Shown here piece by piece: positions 1 through 9,494 of a DNA stretch of 64,000 bases; positions within the stretch are counted from its first letter, which is position 1, and every line of letters begins with the position of its first letter. The position numbers and the translations under genes are program-made. This DNA is from an uncultured Porphyrobacter sp. (GTDB lineage: Bacteria; Pseudomonadota; Alphaproteobacteria; Sphingomonadales; Sphingomonadaceae). The notes beneath the pieces were generated by a model, which saw only the letters and a program-made list of their open reading frames with translations, made no database searches and was not told where the DNA came from. The stretch spans positions 15,802 to 79,801 of the forward strand of contig CAYUCZ010000004.1 in NCBI GenBank assembly GCA_964443505.1, given 5' to 3'.

Positions 1-887
1 TTGATCTGGCGCTGGTGGCAGAGGCAATCGGCGCGTCGAATTCACCCGATCCATGGCTCGAACATGGGGTTATTCCGGCGCTTTTGCTCGCCAGGGCTGG
101 CGCGAACGAGGCGCTAGAGGCTGTCATCACAGGCGAGCAGATTGTCAGCTTCGCCTGGGCTGAACGATCACAGCGTTACAATATCAAACCGGCGGGGATG
201 AAAGCCGAAGCATCATCCAAAGGATATGTCCTGACAGGCGAGAAGACCTTCGTTCTGGGCGCGCTGCTGGCAGACCAGTTTATCGTGACGGCAGACCTGC
301 AAAATGAGACCGCGTGCTTCCTCATCCCGCGAGATATGCCGGGCCTTGAGGTGCGCGCCTATCGCCTGACCGATGGCAGCATTGCCGGAGAATTGAAGCT
401 CACGCGTGTTGAGCTCGCCGAAGGCGCACGGCTCAACCTCGATCATGACGCTATCGAAGCGGCTGTCAGCGACACACGGCTATATGCCGCCGGTGAGATG
501 CTGGGACTTGGCCAGCGCCTGCTCGATGACACGCTTGCTTATGTAAAAGAGCGTGAACAGTTTGGCGTTGCCATCGGATCATTCCAGGCTCTCCAGCACC
601 GCCTTGTCGAATGCTATGCGCGCATCGAGCAGTGCCGCTCCATGCTGTATCGGGCAGCGCTCACGGATTCTACGAACTCCGGCGCATGGGCGCGTGCGAG
701 TGCCGGGGCCAAAGCCTTTATTGGCGAGAATGTCGATGCTGTCGCCCGCGAAGCGGTGCAGATGCATGGCGGGATGGGAATCACCGATGAACTGGCAATC
801 GGCCACGCGATGAAGCGCGTAATGGTGCTCATCCGGCTGTTTGGCGACACCGACAGCGCAATTGCTGAATACGCTCAGGCAGCTTGA
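1..887 (+). CDS. acyl-CoA dehydrogenase family protein (5' end upstream of window)
   Basis: Reading frame is open from nt 3, so the track ORF 15..887 is only the in-window part. ACAD-like middle and C-terminal domains (GYVLTGEKTFV..., GGMGITDELAIGHAMKRVMVLIRLFGD). Confidence 0.8.
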   Translation, partial: DLALVAEAIGASNSPDPWLEHGVIPALLLARAGANEALEAVITGEQIVSFAWAERSQRYNIKPAGMKAEASSKGYVLTGEKTFVLGALLADQFIVTADLQNETACFLIPRDMPGLEVRAYRLTDGSIAGELKLTRVELAEGARLNLDHDAIEAAVSDTRLYAAGEMLGLGQRLLDDTLAYVKEREQFGVAIGSFQALQHRLVECYARIEQCRSMLYRAALTDSTNSGAWARASAGAKAFIGENVDAVAREAVQMHGGMGITDELAIGHAMKRVMVLIRLFGDTDSAIAEYAQAA

Positions 888-898
888 GAGGATTTGAG

Positions 899-1339
899 AT
901 GGGACAAAAGATCGACCCTGACCTGTGGAGCGACGATGCCGAGCCGCATCTGATGGGCGGACGCCTTGCATCCGGCGAAATTGTCTTCCCCATGCCGCAA
1001 GGCGATGCAGCGAGGAACGTGGAGCCATACAAGCTGTCGCGTCAGGGAAAGCTCTGGTCGTGGACCACGCAGGGCTTTCTTCCCAAGGAACCTTATGTCG
1101 GTCCCGGCTCTGGACCCGATGAAGGCCCGCCTGACTTTGTACCGTTCCTGCTCGGCTATGTTGAACTGCCCGGCGAAGTCATCGTTGAAAGCCGAATAGT
1201 GGGCGCTGCGCTCGAAGACTTGCATATCGATATGCCAGTCGAATTTTGCGTGGTCCCGTTCAACGCAACCCACGACACATTTGCCTTCCGCCCGATTGCG
1301 TCAGCACCGGGCGCTGCAACAGGGGAACAAGCTGCATGA
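899..1339 (+). CDS. DUF35/OB-fold acyl-CoA-associated protein (thiolase partner)
   Basis: ATG 899 follows GAGAGGA. 146 aa with a DUF35-like pattern (GEIVFPMPQGD ... LWSWTT ... GYVELPGEVIVESRIVG). Its stop overlaps the next start (ATGA at 1336-1339). Confidence 0.7.
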   Translation: MGQKIDPDLWSDDAEPHLMGGRLASGEIVFPMPQGDAARNVEPYKLSRQGKLWSWTTQGFLPKEPYVGPGSGPDEGPPDFVPFLLGYVELPGEVIVESRIVGAALEDLHIDMPVEFCVVPFNATHDTFAFRPIASAPGAATGEQAA

Positions 1340-2496
1340 GCGAGAACGTCTATATTATTGGCGCAGGCATCCATCCCTTTGGCCGAACCGATGAACGTTC
1401 CGGCCGCGAACAAGGGGTCTTTGCCGTTCGCAAGGCGCTGAAAGATGCAGGGCTTGAATGGTCTGATATGGAATGCGCCTATGGCGGCTCTGCCGCTGCT
1501 GGCAATGCTGATATCATGGTCAACGAGCTTGGCCTTACGTCGCTGCCTTTCACCAATGTCGCCAATGGCTGCGCGACCGGCGGTAGTGCGCTGGTCTCTG
1601 CACAGATGGCTATCGCCAGCGGAATGTACGATCTTGCGCTCGCAGTGGGTTTTGACAAACATCCGCGCGGTGCGTTCAACGCCAAGCCTTCCGATTATGG
1701 GTTGCCTGAATGGTATGGCCAGACCGGAATGATGCTGACCACGCAGTTCTTTGCGCTGAAGATTCAGCGGTACATGCAGCTATACGGGATCAGCCGCGAA
1801 ACGCTTGGCCGGGTCGCGGAAAAGGCATTCCGCAATGGCGCGATCACTCCGCATGCCTGGCGGCGCAGCGAGATTGATCTGGATACGATCATGAACGCAC
1901 CGATGATCAATGATCCGCTCACCAAATTCATGTTCTGCGCCCCAGCCGAAGGCGGCGTTGCCTTGATCCTGGCAAGCGAGAAGAAAATGCGCGAACTTGG
2001 TGCAGACGGGGTCAAGGTATCCAAGATCGCAGTGCGCACCCGTCCACCTGACAGTTTCGAGGTGTTCCAGGCCGGCGTCAGCATCAAGGAAGGCGGCAAG
2101 CCTACAGTGCTTGCATCACAAGCCGCATTTGAGGGCGCCGGGATCGGACCTGAGGACATCGATGTCGCGCAATTGCAGGACACTGAAAGCGGCGCGGAAA
2201 TCATGCACATGGCCGAAAACGGCTTTTGCAAGGATGGCGAACAGGAAGAATGGCTCGCCAATGGCTGGTCCGAGCGCGGCGGCAAGCTTCCGATCAACAC
2301 CGATGGCGGTTGCATCGCTTGCGGCGAGCCGATCGGCGCATCGGGTCTGAGGCAAGTTTACGAAAACGTTGAGCAGCTGCGTGGACGCGCAGGTGAACGG
2401 CAAGTTCAAGGCGCTGATGGCACTGGCCCCAAGACGGGTTACAGCCACGTCTATGGCGCGCCTGGCCTGTCAGCTGTAGCAATTCTGGAGCGTTAA
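1336..2496 (+). CDS. thiolase-like protein, SCP-x / lipid-transfer type
   Basis: Starts MSENVYIIGAGIHPFGR. Has NGCATGGSAL (active-site Cys region) and C-terminal DGGCIACGEPIGASG. Translationally coupled to the DUF35 gene. Confidence 0.85.
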   Translation: MSENVYIIGAGIHPFGRTDERSGREQGVFAVRKALKDAGLEWSDMECAYGGSAAAGNADIMVNELGLTSLPFTNVANGCATGGSALVSAQMAIASGMYDLALAVGFDKHPRGAFNAKPSDYGLPEWYGQTGMMLTTQFFALKIQRYMQLYGISRETLGRVAEKAFRNGAITPHAWRRSEIDLDTIMNAPMINDPLTKFMFCAPAEGGVALILASEKKMRELGADGVKVSKIAVRTRPPDSFEVFQAGVSIKEGGKPTVLASQAAFEGAGIGPEDIDVAQLQDTESGAEIMHMAENGFCKDGEQEEWLANGWSERGGKLPINTDGGCIACGEPIGASGLRQVYENVEQLRGRAGERQVQGADGTGPKTGYSHVYGAPGLSAVAILER

Positions 2497-3267
2497 ATGG
2501 GCAAGATGCAGGGTAAGGTCGCGCTCGTCACAGGCGGCGCAGAGGGCATCGGGGCAACAGTAGGCCGAATGATTGTCGCAGAAGGCGGCGAAGTCATGCT
2601 TGCTGACATTCAGATCGACAAGGCACAGGCCTTGGCCGATGAGCTGGGTGAGAATGCCGAGGCGCTGAAACTTGACGTTCGCGAGCTTGACCAATGGCAC
2701 GCAGCGGTAAAGGCAACGCAGGAGAGGTTCGGCAAGCTGACCGTACTGTGCAACATCGCCGGCATTTCAGAACCCGGCAATGTCGTTGATGTGGATCTCG
2801 ACAGTTGGCGCCGCACGATCGACATCAATCTCGAAGGTCCGTTTTACGGCATGCGCGCCGCTATCCCCGCGATGGAAGCGAGCGGCGAGAAGTGCGCGAT
2901 TGTCAATATCGGTTCGATGATTGCCCTGCGCGCAGCTGCCTTTGTCGCATCGTACAGCGCTTCCAAGGCAGGTCTGCTTGGCCTTACGCGATCGGTAGCG
3001 CTCGACTGTGCCGAGCGCGGCGTTCCGATCCGCGCGAACATGGTCCACCCCGGCGCAATCCGCACGCCGATGTATGATCGTTATAAGTATTCAGGCGCAG
3101 ACACGCCGGAGAACATCGAAACCAACTTTGCCGCAACGCACCCGATGAACCGGATCGGAGAGCCGGAGGAAGTCGCCAAGGCTGTGGTCTTCCTTGCAAG
3201 CGACGAAGCGAGCTTCACCACGGGCTGCGACTTTACCGTAGACGGCGGCGGATCGATCAGGAGCTAG
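2497..3267 (+). CDS. SDR family oxidoreductase
   Basis: GKVALVTGGAEGIG Rossmann motif and YSASKAG (Y-x3-K). ATG sits immediately after the upstream TAA. Confidence 0.9.
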   Translation: MGKMQGKVALVTGGAEGIGATVGRMIVAEGGEVMLADIQIDKAQALADELGENAEALKLDVRELDQWHAAVKATQERFGKLTVLCNIAGISEPGNVVDVDLDSWRRTIDINLEGPFYGMRAAIPAMEASGEKCAIVNIGSMIALRAAAFVASYSASKAGLLGLTRSVALDCAERGVPIRANMVHPGAIRTPMYDRYKYSGADTPENIETNFAATHPMNRIGEPEEVAKAVVFLASDEASFTTGCDFTVDGGGSIRS

Positions 3268-3271
3268 GATC

Positions 3272-4027
3272 ATGGGCGAGCAACCAGCAACCCGCATCGA
3301 TGCGCATTTCATTGCGGCAGGCAAGTACCACGATATCGACTTTCCGCGCCTTGAAGTGCTCAAGCTGCTTGCAGAGCACCCGCATATCCGCACCACCGTC
3401 GCCTGCGACTACTCAGGGCTTGAACGGCTCGACCAATGCCGTTTCCTGATCACCTATACCTGCGACCTTATGCCAAGCGAAGAGCAGGCAAAGCAGCTGC
3501 GCGCGTGGCTTGAAGCGGGCGGCAAATGGCTGGCCTTGCACGGCACCAACTCGATCCTCGTTTTCACTGAGGATGGATTGGTCGATGCGCCAGAGAACAG
3601 GCCCGACGTGTTCGATATGCTCGGCACGCAGTTCAAGGCCCACCCCCCGATTGGACCGTTCGAGGTGGAGGTCGTGAACAAGGATCACGAACTCACCCGC
3701 GGTATCGATGATTTCGAAGTGGTCGACGAACTGTATTTGTCAAAAACGACCGCAGAAATCGACACGCTGATGCAGACCACCTTTGAAGGTGAGGCGACCG
3801 GCTTTGTTGACGCCGACTGGGAAAAGACTGCGGTGCCGATCCTTTACACCCGTGACATCGGCAAGGGCCAGATTGTCTACAACACGCTGGGCCATTGTCG
3901 CGGCCACTATGACCTGCCGGGAATGCAGGATTTCTACCCGCACAAGGAAATGTGCGCGTGGAACTATGATGTTTACTACGACCTGCTTCGCCGCTCGATT
4001 GGCTGGGCGATGAGGGCAGAAGACTAG
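3272..4027 (+). CDS. ThuA-domain protein
   Basis: 250 aa with ThuA-like blocks (GGKWLALHGTN, FKAHPPIGPFEVEV, ELTRGIDDFEVVDELY). Starts 4 nt after the upstream stop. Confidence 0.65.
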   Translation: MGEQPATRIDAHFIAAGKYHDIDFPRLEVLKLLAEHPHIRTTVACDYSGLERLDQCRFLITYTCDLMPSEEQAKQLRAWLEAGGKWLALHGTNSILVFTEDGLVDAPENRPDVFDMLGTQFKAHPPIGPFEVEVVNKDHELTRGIDDFEVVDELYLSKTTAEIDTLMQTTFEGEATGFVDADWEKTAVPILYTRDIGKGQIVYNTLGHCRGHYDLPGMQDFYPHKEMCAWNYDVYYDLLRRSIGWAMRAED

Positions 4028-4037
4028 GGATACAGCC

Positions 4038-5246
4038 ATGGATATGACCTTTTCAGCCGAGGACCTCGCGTTTCGCGAAGAAGTGCGTGATTTCCTCGCG
4101 ACCAGCCTGCCAGACAGGATCAGGGATGGCGCGCGCAAGACGCCTGGCGTTTTTGTCGAGCCGGACATCGGCATGGAATGGCACCGCATCCTCAATGACA
4201 AGGGCTGGGTCGCTCCGCATTGGCCCGTGGGGGATGGCGGCACGGGCTGGACCCCGACACAGAAGTTCATTTTTGAAAAGGAATGCGCTCTCGCCGGCGC
4301 CCCAGCATTGGCGATCCTTGGTCTGCGACTGGTCGGTCCGGTGATCTGTGAATTCGGCACGCCAGAGCAAAAGGCAAAATTCCTGCCCCGCATCCTGTCG
4401 GGCGAGGATTATTGGTGCCAGGGTTACTCAGAACCGGGGTCCGGCTCTGACCTCGCATCGCTCAAGACCAGCGCTCGTCTCGAAGGTGATGAGTACATCG
4501 TCAACGGTTCGAAAATCTGGACCACGCACGCGCACCACGCCAATTGGATCTTCGCGCTCGTGCGCACCGATCCCAACGTGAAGAAGCAGGCAGGCATCAC
4601 CTTTCTCCTCCTCCCGATGGATCAGGAAGGGGTCGAGGTGACACCGATCCATTCGATGTCGGGCGATCATGAGGTGAACGCGGTGTTCTTCTCTGATGCG
4701 CGCACTTCAGTGGACAATCGCATCGGCGAAGAAGGCGCTGGCTGGTCCATCGCCAAATTCCTGCTTGAGAATGAGCGCGGCGGCGGCTGCTTTGCGCCGA
4801 AGCTTATCCAAAGCATCGAATGGCTTGAGGAACTTGCCGAAACGCAGCCGTCGGGCGTGAACGGCGCAATGGCGCATGACCCGCGTTTCCGTGACCGGCT
4901 GGCGCGAGTAAAGCTTGAAGCCGAAGCGCTTGAGTTTACCGAACTGCGTATCCTCGCAGAACTCGCCAAGGGCCGCGCGCCCGGTCCGCAAACGTCGCTG
5001 GTGAAATTGCTTGGCTCGAATATCGGGCAAGAGATCGATACCTTGCGGCTCGAACTGCTCGGAACCGATGCCATGCAATTGCCGCTGGAACGCCCGCTTT
5101 ATGGCAATGAAGCGCCAGAGCCCGTTGGCAGCGAAGTCGCACAGATCGCCATGGGCAAGTATCTCAACAATCGCGCATCGACGATCTTCGGCGGATCGGA
5201 CGAAGTGCAAAAGAACATCATCGCCAAGACTGTTCTTGGTCTGTGA
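4038..5246 (+). CDS. acyl-CoA dehydrogenase
   Basis: Full-length 402-aa ACAD (WCQGYSEPGSGSDLASL, GSKIWTTHA, FGGSDEVQKNIIAK). Confidence 0.9.
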   Translation: MDMTFSAEDLAFREEVRDFLATSLPDRIRDGARKTPGVFVEPDIGMEWHRILNDKGWVAPHWPVGDGGTGWTPTQKFIFEKECALAGAPALAILGLRLVGPVICEFGTPEQKAKFLPRILSGEDYWCQGYSEPGSGSDLASLKTSARLEGDEYIVNGSKIWTTHAHHANWIFALVRTDPNVKKQAGITFLLLPMDQEGVEVTPIHSMSGDHEVNAVFFSDARTSVDNRIGEEGAGWSIAKFLLENERGGGCFAPKLIQSIEWLEELAETQPSGVNGAMAHDPRFRDRLARVKLEAEALEFTELRILAELAKGRAPGPQTSLVKLLGSNIGQEIDTLRLELLGTDAMQLPLERPLYGNEAPEPVGSEVAQIAMGKYLNNRASTIFGGSDEVQKNIIAKTVLGL

Positions 5247-5285
5247 CCGACTAGGCTCAACCAACTTGCAGGAAAGACGCTCTTA

Positions 5286-6188
5286 ATGGACGTATCAAAG
5301 CTCATGTTCCGCGATGGCCTGATGGAAGGCGAGCGCATTCTGGTGACCGGCGGCGGGACCGGGCTTGGCCGCGAGATGGCCGAAGGTTTTCTGAAACTGG
5401 GCGCGACGGTCTATATTTGTGGCCGGCGGCAGAACAAGCTCGACGAATGCGCCAGCGAATTGATGGAAGCGCATGGCGGCAAGGTCGTCGCCATGGCCTG
5501 CGATATCCGCGATGCTGACGCGATCCATGAAATGGTCGACAAGATCTGGGCCGATGGCGGTGCGTTGACAGGCGTTGTGAACAACGCCGCGGGCAATTTC
5601 ATCAGCCGCACGGAAGACCTGTCGGTCAATGCCTTCAACGCAATCTCGGACATCGTGTTCAGAGGCACGTTCTATGTGACGCTGGATGTTGGCAAGCGCC
5701 TGATCGCGGAAGGCAAGAAAGCAAGCTTCATCTCGATCCTGACCACCTGGGTCTGGTCAGGCAGCGCCTTTGTTGTGCCAAGCGCGATGTCCAAGACCGC
5801 TATCAATGCAATGACACAAAGCCTTGCGACCGAATGGGGTCGCTATGGCCTGCGCTTCAACGCGATCGCCCCTGGGCTCTTCCCGACCAAGGGAATGAGC
5901 GCGAGGCTCAACCCCGGCGGAGCGGGTGGCAATTCGAACAATTCGATGAACCCAATGGGCCGCGCTGGTGAAATGCACGAGATGGCCAACCTCGCGGTGT
6001 TCCTGATGGGCCCCGGCGCGGAATATGTGAACGGCCAGACCATTGCCATTGATGGGGCAGGCTATCAGGCCAATGGCGGAACATTTTATCCAATGCTGCA
6101 AGGGCTTGGCGATGCCGAGTGGGATCAGATGCGCGCTATGATCAAGGGCACTAACGACAAGGACAAGGCCGACCGGTCAACCGGTTGA
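5286..6188 (+). CDS. SDR family oxidoreductase, 2,4-dienoyl-CoA reductase-like
   Basis: ILVTGGGTGLG nucleotide motif, AMSKTAINAM, GQTIAIDGG-like C-terminus. 300 aa. Confidence 0.8.
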   Translation: MDVSKLMFRDGLMEGERILVTGGGTGLGREMAEGFLKLGATVYICGRRQNKLDECASELMEAHGGKVVAMACDIRDADAIHEMVDKIWADGGALTGVVNNAAGNFISRTEDLSVNAFNAISDIVFRGTFYVTLDVGKRLIAEGKKASFISILTTWVWSGSAFVVPSAMSKTAINAMTQSLATEWGRYGLRFNAIAPGLFPTKGMSARLNPGGAGGNSNNSMNPMGRAGEMHEMANLAVFLMGPGAEYVNGQTIAIDGAGYQANGGTFYPMLQGLGDAEWDQMRAMIKGTNDKDKADRSTG

Positions 6189-6208
6189 GCATGGCCGTTG
6201 CTTGCAGC

Positions 6209-7627
6209 CTAGGCAGCCTCCAATTCAGCCTCAGCCTCGCTGGCATCGGCCTCGCTGCCAAGATGGGCGATGATCTTTGCGGCCATCTCCTCGACACCTT
6301 CATTGCCGCCTGCGGTAAAGCCGAAACGCGTGATCACGAGTTCCTCTGACGGGATCACCAGCACGATCTGCCCCTGATATCCGCCCATGTAGTAAGAATC
6401 TTCGGGAAGGCTCGGGAACAGCCGTTCTTGCTGCGTGTCGCTCGGATCGCGGTTAAGCCAGAACTGCGCTCCGTAAAGGTTGGCGTCAGCCGTTTTGGTC
6501 GGCGTCAGAAGGTATTCCATCCAGCCCTCAGGCAAGAGGGTTTCGCCTTCCCATTCGCCGCCTTGCAAGCAGAACTGGCCAAGGCGCGCCCAATCGCGGG
6601 CAGATGCATACATGTAAGATGATCCGATAAAGGTGCCGCTGCGATCCGCTTCGATTGTGGCGGTTCGGATATGCAGCGGTCGGAACAGGCGCGTCTGCGA
6701 AAATTCATAGGCATCCTGCAAAGTGTCGCCCACGCTTCGCCGGACAATCGCTGAAATGATGTTGGTTGTGCCTGATGAATACGACCAGATTGTATCGGGC
6801 GGCCCGGCAAGCGGCTTTGAAGCCGCGAATGCAGCGGCGTCCGGTTCAACCGAAAGCATCCGCGTGACATCGGTTGCTGCTGTGTAGGTTTCTTCAAACT
6901 CCAGCCCGCTGCTCATCCTGAGGAGCTGATCAAGCGTGATCGCGGCGCGCGGGTCATCGGGCGATTGGCTCCAGATGGGGACAGGAGCGGGATCATTGAT
7001 GTCGAGCGCGCCATCCTTGACCAGCATTCCGACCAGCAGCGCAGTCACACTCTTGGTCATCGACCAACCAATCAGCGGCGTATCGGCAGAAACGCCTTGC
7101 GCGTATTGTTCTGCAATCAGTTCACCCTTGTGAACCACCGCGACCGCTTTTGTGTAGCGGGGCTGATCAGGGTCAGGCTCATCAAAGGCTTCTTGCACAA
7201 TTGCGGCAAGCTGCGGATTTGGGCGCGGCGCAGCGCTGCCCTTGGGCCAAGCCTCATCAACCGGAATGGTCAATGCCGGAAGCGCAGTCACAGGCATTGT
7301 CACATCTTCATCGCCTGAGGGAAGCACGGTGCAGCCGATTCCGGGCGTATAGATCGCTTCTCGTTGAAACAGACCGAACAGCGAGGTCGTGACCCGCCCC
7401 TCCTCCTCATCGATTGAAGAGGACACATTGGTGAGTACATCAGAAGCACCCTTGAGCGCCTGATTGGTCATGTCCTCAGCAGAGAAGCCGCTAAGAAAGT
7501 AGCCCGAGCAGATGTTCTTGGCGGCATAGCCGCTGCCCGCACGGGCGACCGATCCGTAGGAATAATAGGCAAAGCCCAGCCCCAAAATCAGCGCAGCGAT
7601 AAGGGCAATAGCGATCTTCTTGAACAT
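6209..7627 (-). CDS. serine hydrolase, beta-lactamase/transpeptidase-like family, N-terminally membrane anchored
   Basis: N-terminal hydrophobic helix (IAIALIAALILGLGFAYY). S-x-x-K motif WSMTKSV. 472 aa. Confidence 0.85.
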   Translation of the reverse strand: MFKKIAIALIAALILGLGFAYYSYGSVARAGSGYAAKNICSGYFLSGFSAEDMTNQALKGASDVLTNVSSSIDEEEGRVTTSLFGLFQREAIYTPGIGCTVLPSGDEDVTMPVTALPALTIPVDEAWPKGSAAPRPNPQLAAIVQEAFDEPDPDQPRYTKAVAVVHKGELIAEQYAQGVSADTPLIGWSMTKSVTALLVGMLVKDGALDINDPAPVPIWSQSPDDPRAAITLDQLLRMSSGLEFEETYTAATDVTRMLSVEPDAAAFAASKPLAGPPDTIWSYSSGTTNIISAIVRRSVGDTLQDAYEFSQTRLFRPLHIRTATIEADRSGTFIGSSYMYASARDWARLGQFCLQGGEWEGETLLPEGWMEYLLTPTKTADANLYGAQFWLNRDPSDTQQERLFPSLPEDSYYMGGYQGQIVLVIPSEELVITRFGFTAGGNEGVEEMAAKIIAHLGSEADASEAEAELEAA

Positions 7628-7719
7628 TCAGCCTCTCACATCTTGATCGGTTTGCGCGCAACCTATCTCAATCGCATGGGCACTCAAGCTTCCAATCGCA
7701 AAAGCCTTTGGTCGCTTCG

Positions 7720-9360
7720 CTAGCCGCCGACCTCATCCGCCAATCGCTGCGCCGTCTTGTAATCAGGCTTGCCATTGTTGAGCCGCAAGGACTGGTCAGC
7801 CATCACGTAAAGGCGCGGAATTTTGTAACCGGCCAGCCCTGCCCGAGCGCAGCTATCGAGCGCGTCTTCCTCTACTTCGCCTTCGGGCTGCACAACCGCG
7901 ACAACCTTCCGGCCAAAGCGCGGATCAGGAAGACTGACAACGCGCACATCCTTGACGCCGGGATGTTCGAGCAGGACGGCCTCAACCTCTTCGGGGAAGA
8001 CTTTTTCACCGCCAGTGTTGATGCACATATTGTCGCGTCCGATGAATTCCATCGATCCATCAGGTGACCAGCGCGCGCGGTCACCGGTCATCAGCCAACG
8101 CTTGCCGTCAATCGTCGGGAAAGTCTGAGCGTTCTTCTCGTCCTCTCCCAGATATCCAAGTGGCAAGGGTCCCGTGCGCGCGACAATGCCTACGCCATCC
8201 TTGCCCGGCGCAATCTCGTTGAGATCCTCGTCAAACAGCTTGGTCTCTCGTCCTGGCAGCGGCTGGAATTTGCCTCCGCCGGTTGAACCTTGCGCCGTTG
8301 TAATGACAACGCCGGTGCCCGAGCTTTCCGATGAGCCCAGTGCATCGATCACAATCAGCGCAGGATTGTGCGCGATCAGCCGCTTTTTCACATGCTCAGA
8401 GAACACCGCCCCTGAACTCGTAACCGAGCGCAGACCGGCAACAAGCGCTGCCGCGTCGCTTCGCTCATCCAGCCTGTCGGCCAATGGCAGCGCGAAGGCA
8501 TCACCCACGATAAATATTCCGCGCGCACCGATCCGCCGAACCTCATCAAGCGCAAGGTCGGCATCGAATTTGGCCGCCGGCAGAAGGGCAAGCGTGCCCC
8601 CCTTCATGAGGTGGATAACGGCCGAGAACTGTCCTGCCCCATGCATCAAAGGACTTAACAGCAGGAGCGGTGAAGAACTGGCAGGATGTTCAGGGCTGAT
8701 GGCGGCTGCTTCTTCAACCTGCGCTTCGAGCGATGTCGCCAGGAAGGGCGGCTCCATCGGGCCGCGTTGCCAAGTTGAAATGCTGAACGCTTGCCACGCT
8801 TCGACCATCGGCCACATCACCGCCTTGGGCATGCCTGTGGTGCCGCCGGTCGCGGTGAGGAACAGTGCGCCAGGGTCATCATGCACTGCGAAATCAGCAG
8901 GCAGTTCGCTGGCGCGCAATTGCGTCCAGTCATCTGAACCGATGTCCACCACCAATGCTGTTTCGGCCATCGCATCGCGGGCGATTTCGGCGAAGTCGCT
9001 TTCCGTAAACAGCGCCTTCAGTCCGAAACGGTCGAAGATGTCAGCCAGTTCGCGCGAGGTATAATGGTAGTTCACATTGACGGGGACGACACCGGCTTTG
9101 ATGCAGCCAAAATAGGCCAGCATGTAGTCTGGGTTGTTGCGCAACATCTGCCCCGCAATGTCGCCCGGCTTCAATCCGCGTGCGCGCAGACCGGCTGCGA
9201 TTGCATCGCTTTGCGCGTCCAATTCAGACCAGGTCACAACCCGTTCGCCATGGACCAAAGCCGGTCGCCCAGGTTCGATTCGACTAGCCAGAGCCTTTAA
9301 CGCGACACCAAAATTACAACCCTGCCACATCTTTGCCCGAATCTCCTTCCATGCTCGCAT
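7720..9360 (-). CDS. AMP-dependent acyl-CoA synthetase/ligase
   Basis: AMP-binding signature LTATGGTTGMPKAV and TGDRARWSPDGSMEFIGRDN. Start is uncertain: GTG 9369, ATG 9360 or ATG 9330. Confidence 0.85.
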   Translation of the reverse strand: MRAWKEIRAKMWQGCNFGVALKALASRIEPGRPALVHGERVVTWSELDAQSDAIAAGLRARGLKPGDIAGQMLRNNPDYMLAYFGCIKAGVVPVNVNYHYTSRELADIFDRFGLKALFTESDFAEIARDAMAETALVVDIGSDDWTQLRASELPADFAVHDDPGALFLTATGGTTGMPKAVMWPMVEAWQAFSISTWQRGPMEPPFLATSLEAQVEEAAAISPEHPASSSPLLLLSPLMHGAGQFSAVIHLMKGGTLALLPAAKFDADLALDEVRRIGARGIFIVGDAFALPLADRLDERSDAAALVAGLRSVTSSGAVFSEHVKKRLIAHNPALIVIDALGSSESSGTGVVITTAQGSTGGGKFQPLPGRETKLFDEDLNEIAPGKDGVGIVARTGPLPLGYLGEDEKNAQTFPTIDGKRWLMTGDRARWSPDGSMEFIGRDNMCINTGGEKVFPEEVEAVLLEHPGVKDVRVVSLPDPRFGRKVVAVVQPEGEVEEDALDSCARAGLAGYKIPRLYVMADQSLRLNNGKPDYKTAQRLADEVGG

Positions 9361-9494
9361 AGCCAGCACGAATTTCGGATGCCCCTACGTAAAGTATGAG
9401 GCAAGGAGTTCGTCTGGATAGATTAAGGGTTACTGCGACAGATCTGGGATAGTCTGTCTAGGACGGGAAAGACCAGGAGAGGAGCGAGCCCAAA

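Noticed and set aside
8174-9064. 296-aa ORF on the plus strand
   Set aside because: Antisense to the acyl-CoA synthetase gene. Ser/Ala/Pro-rich with no domain features.
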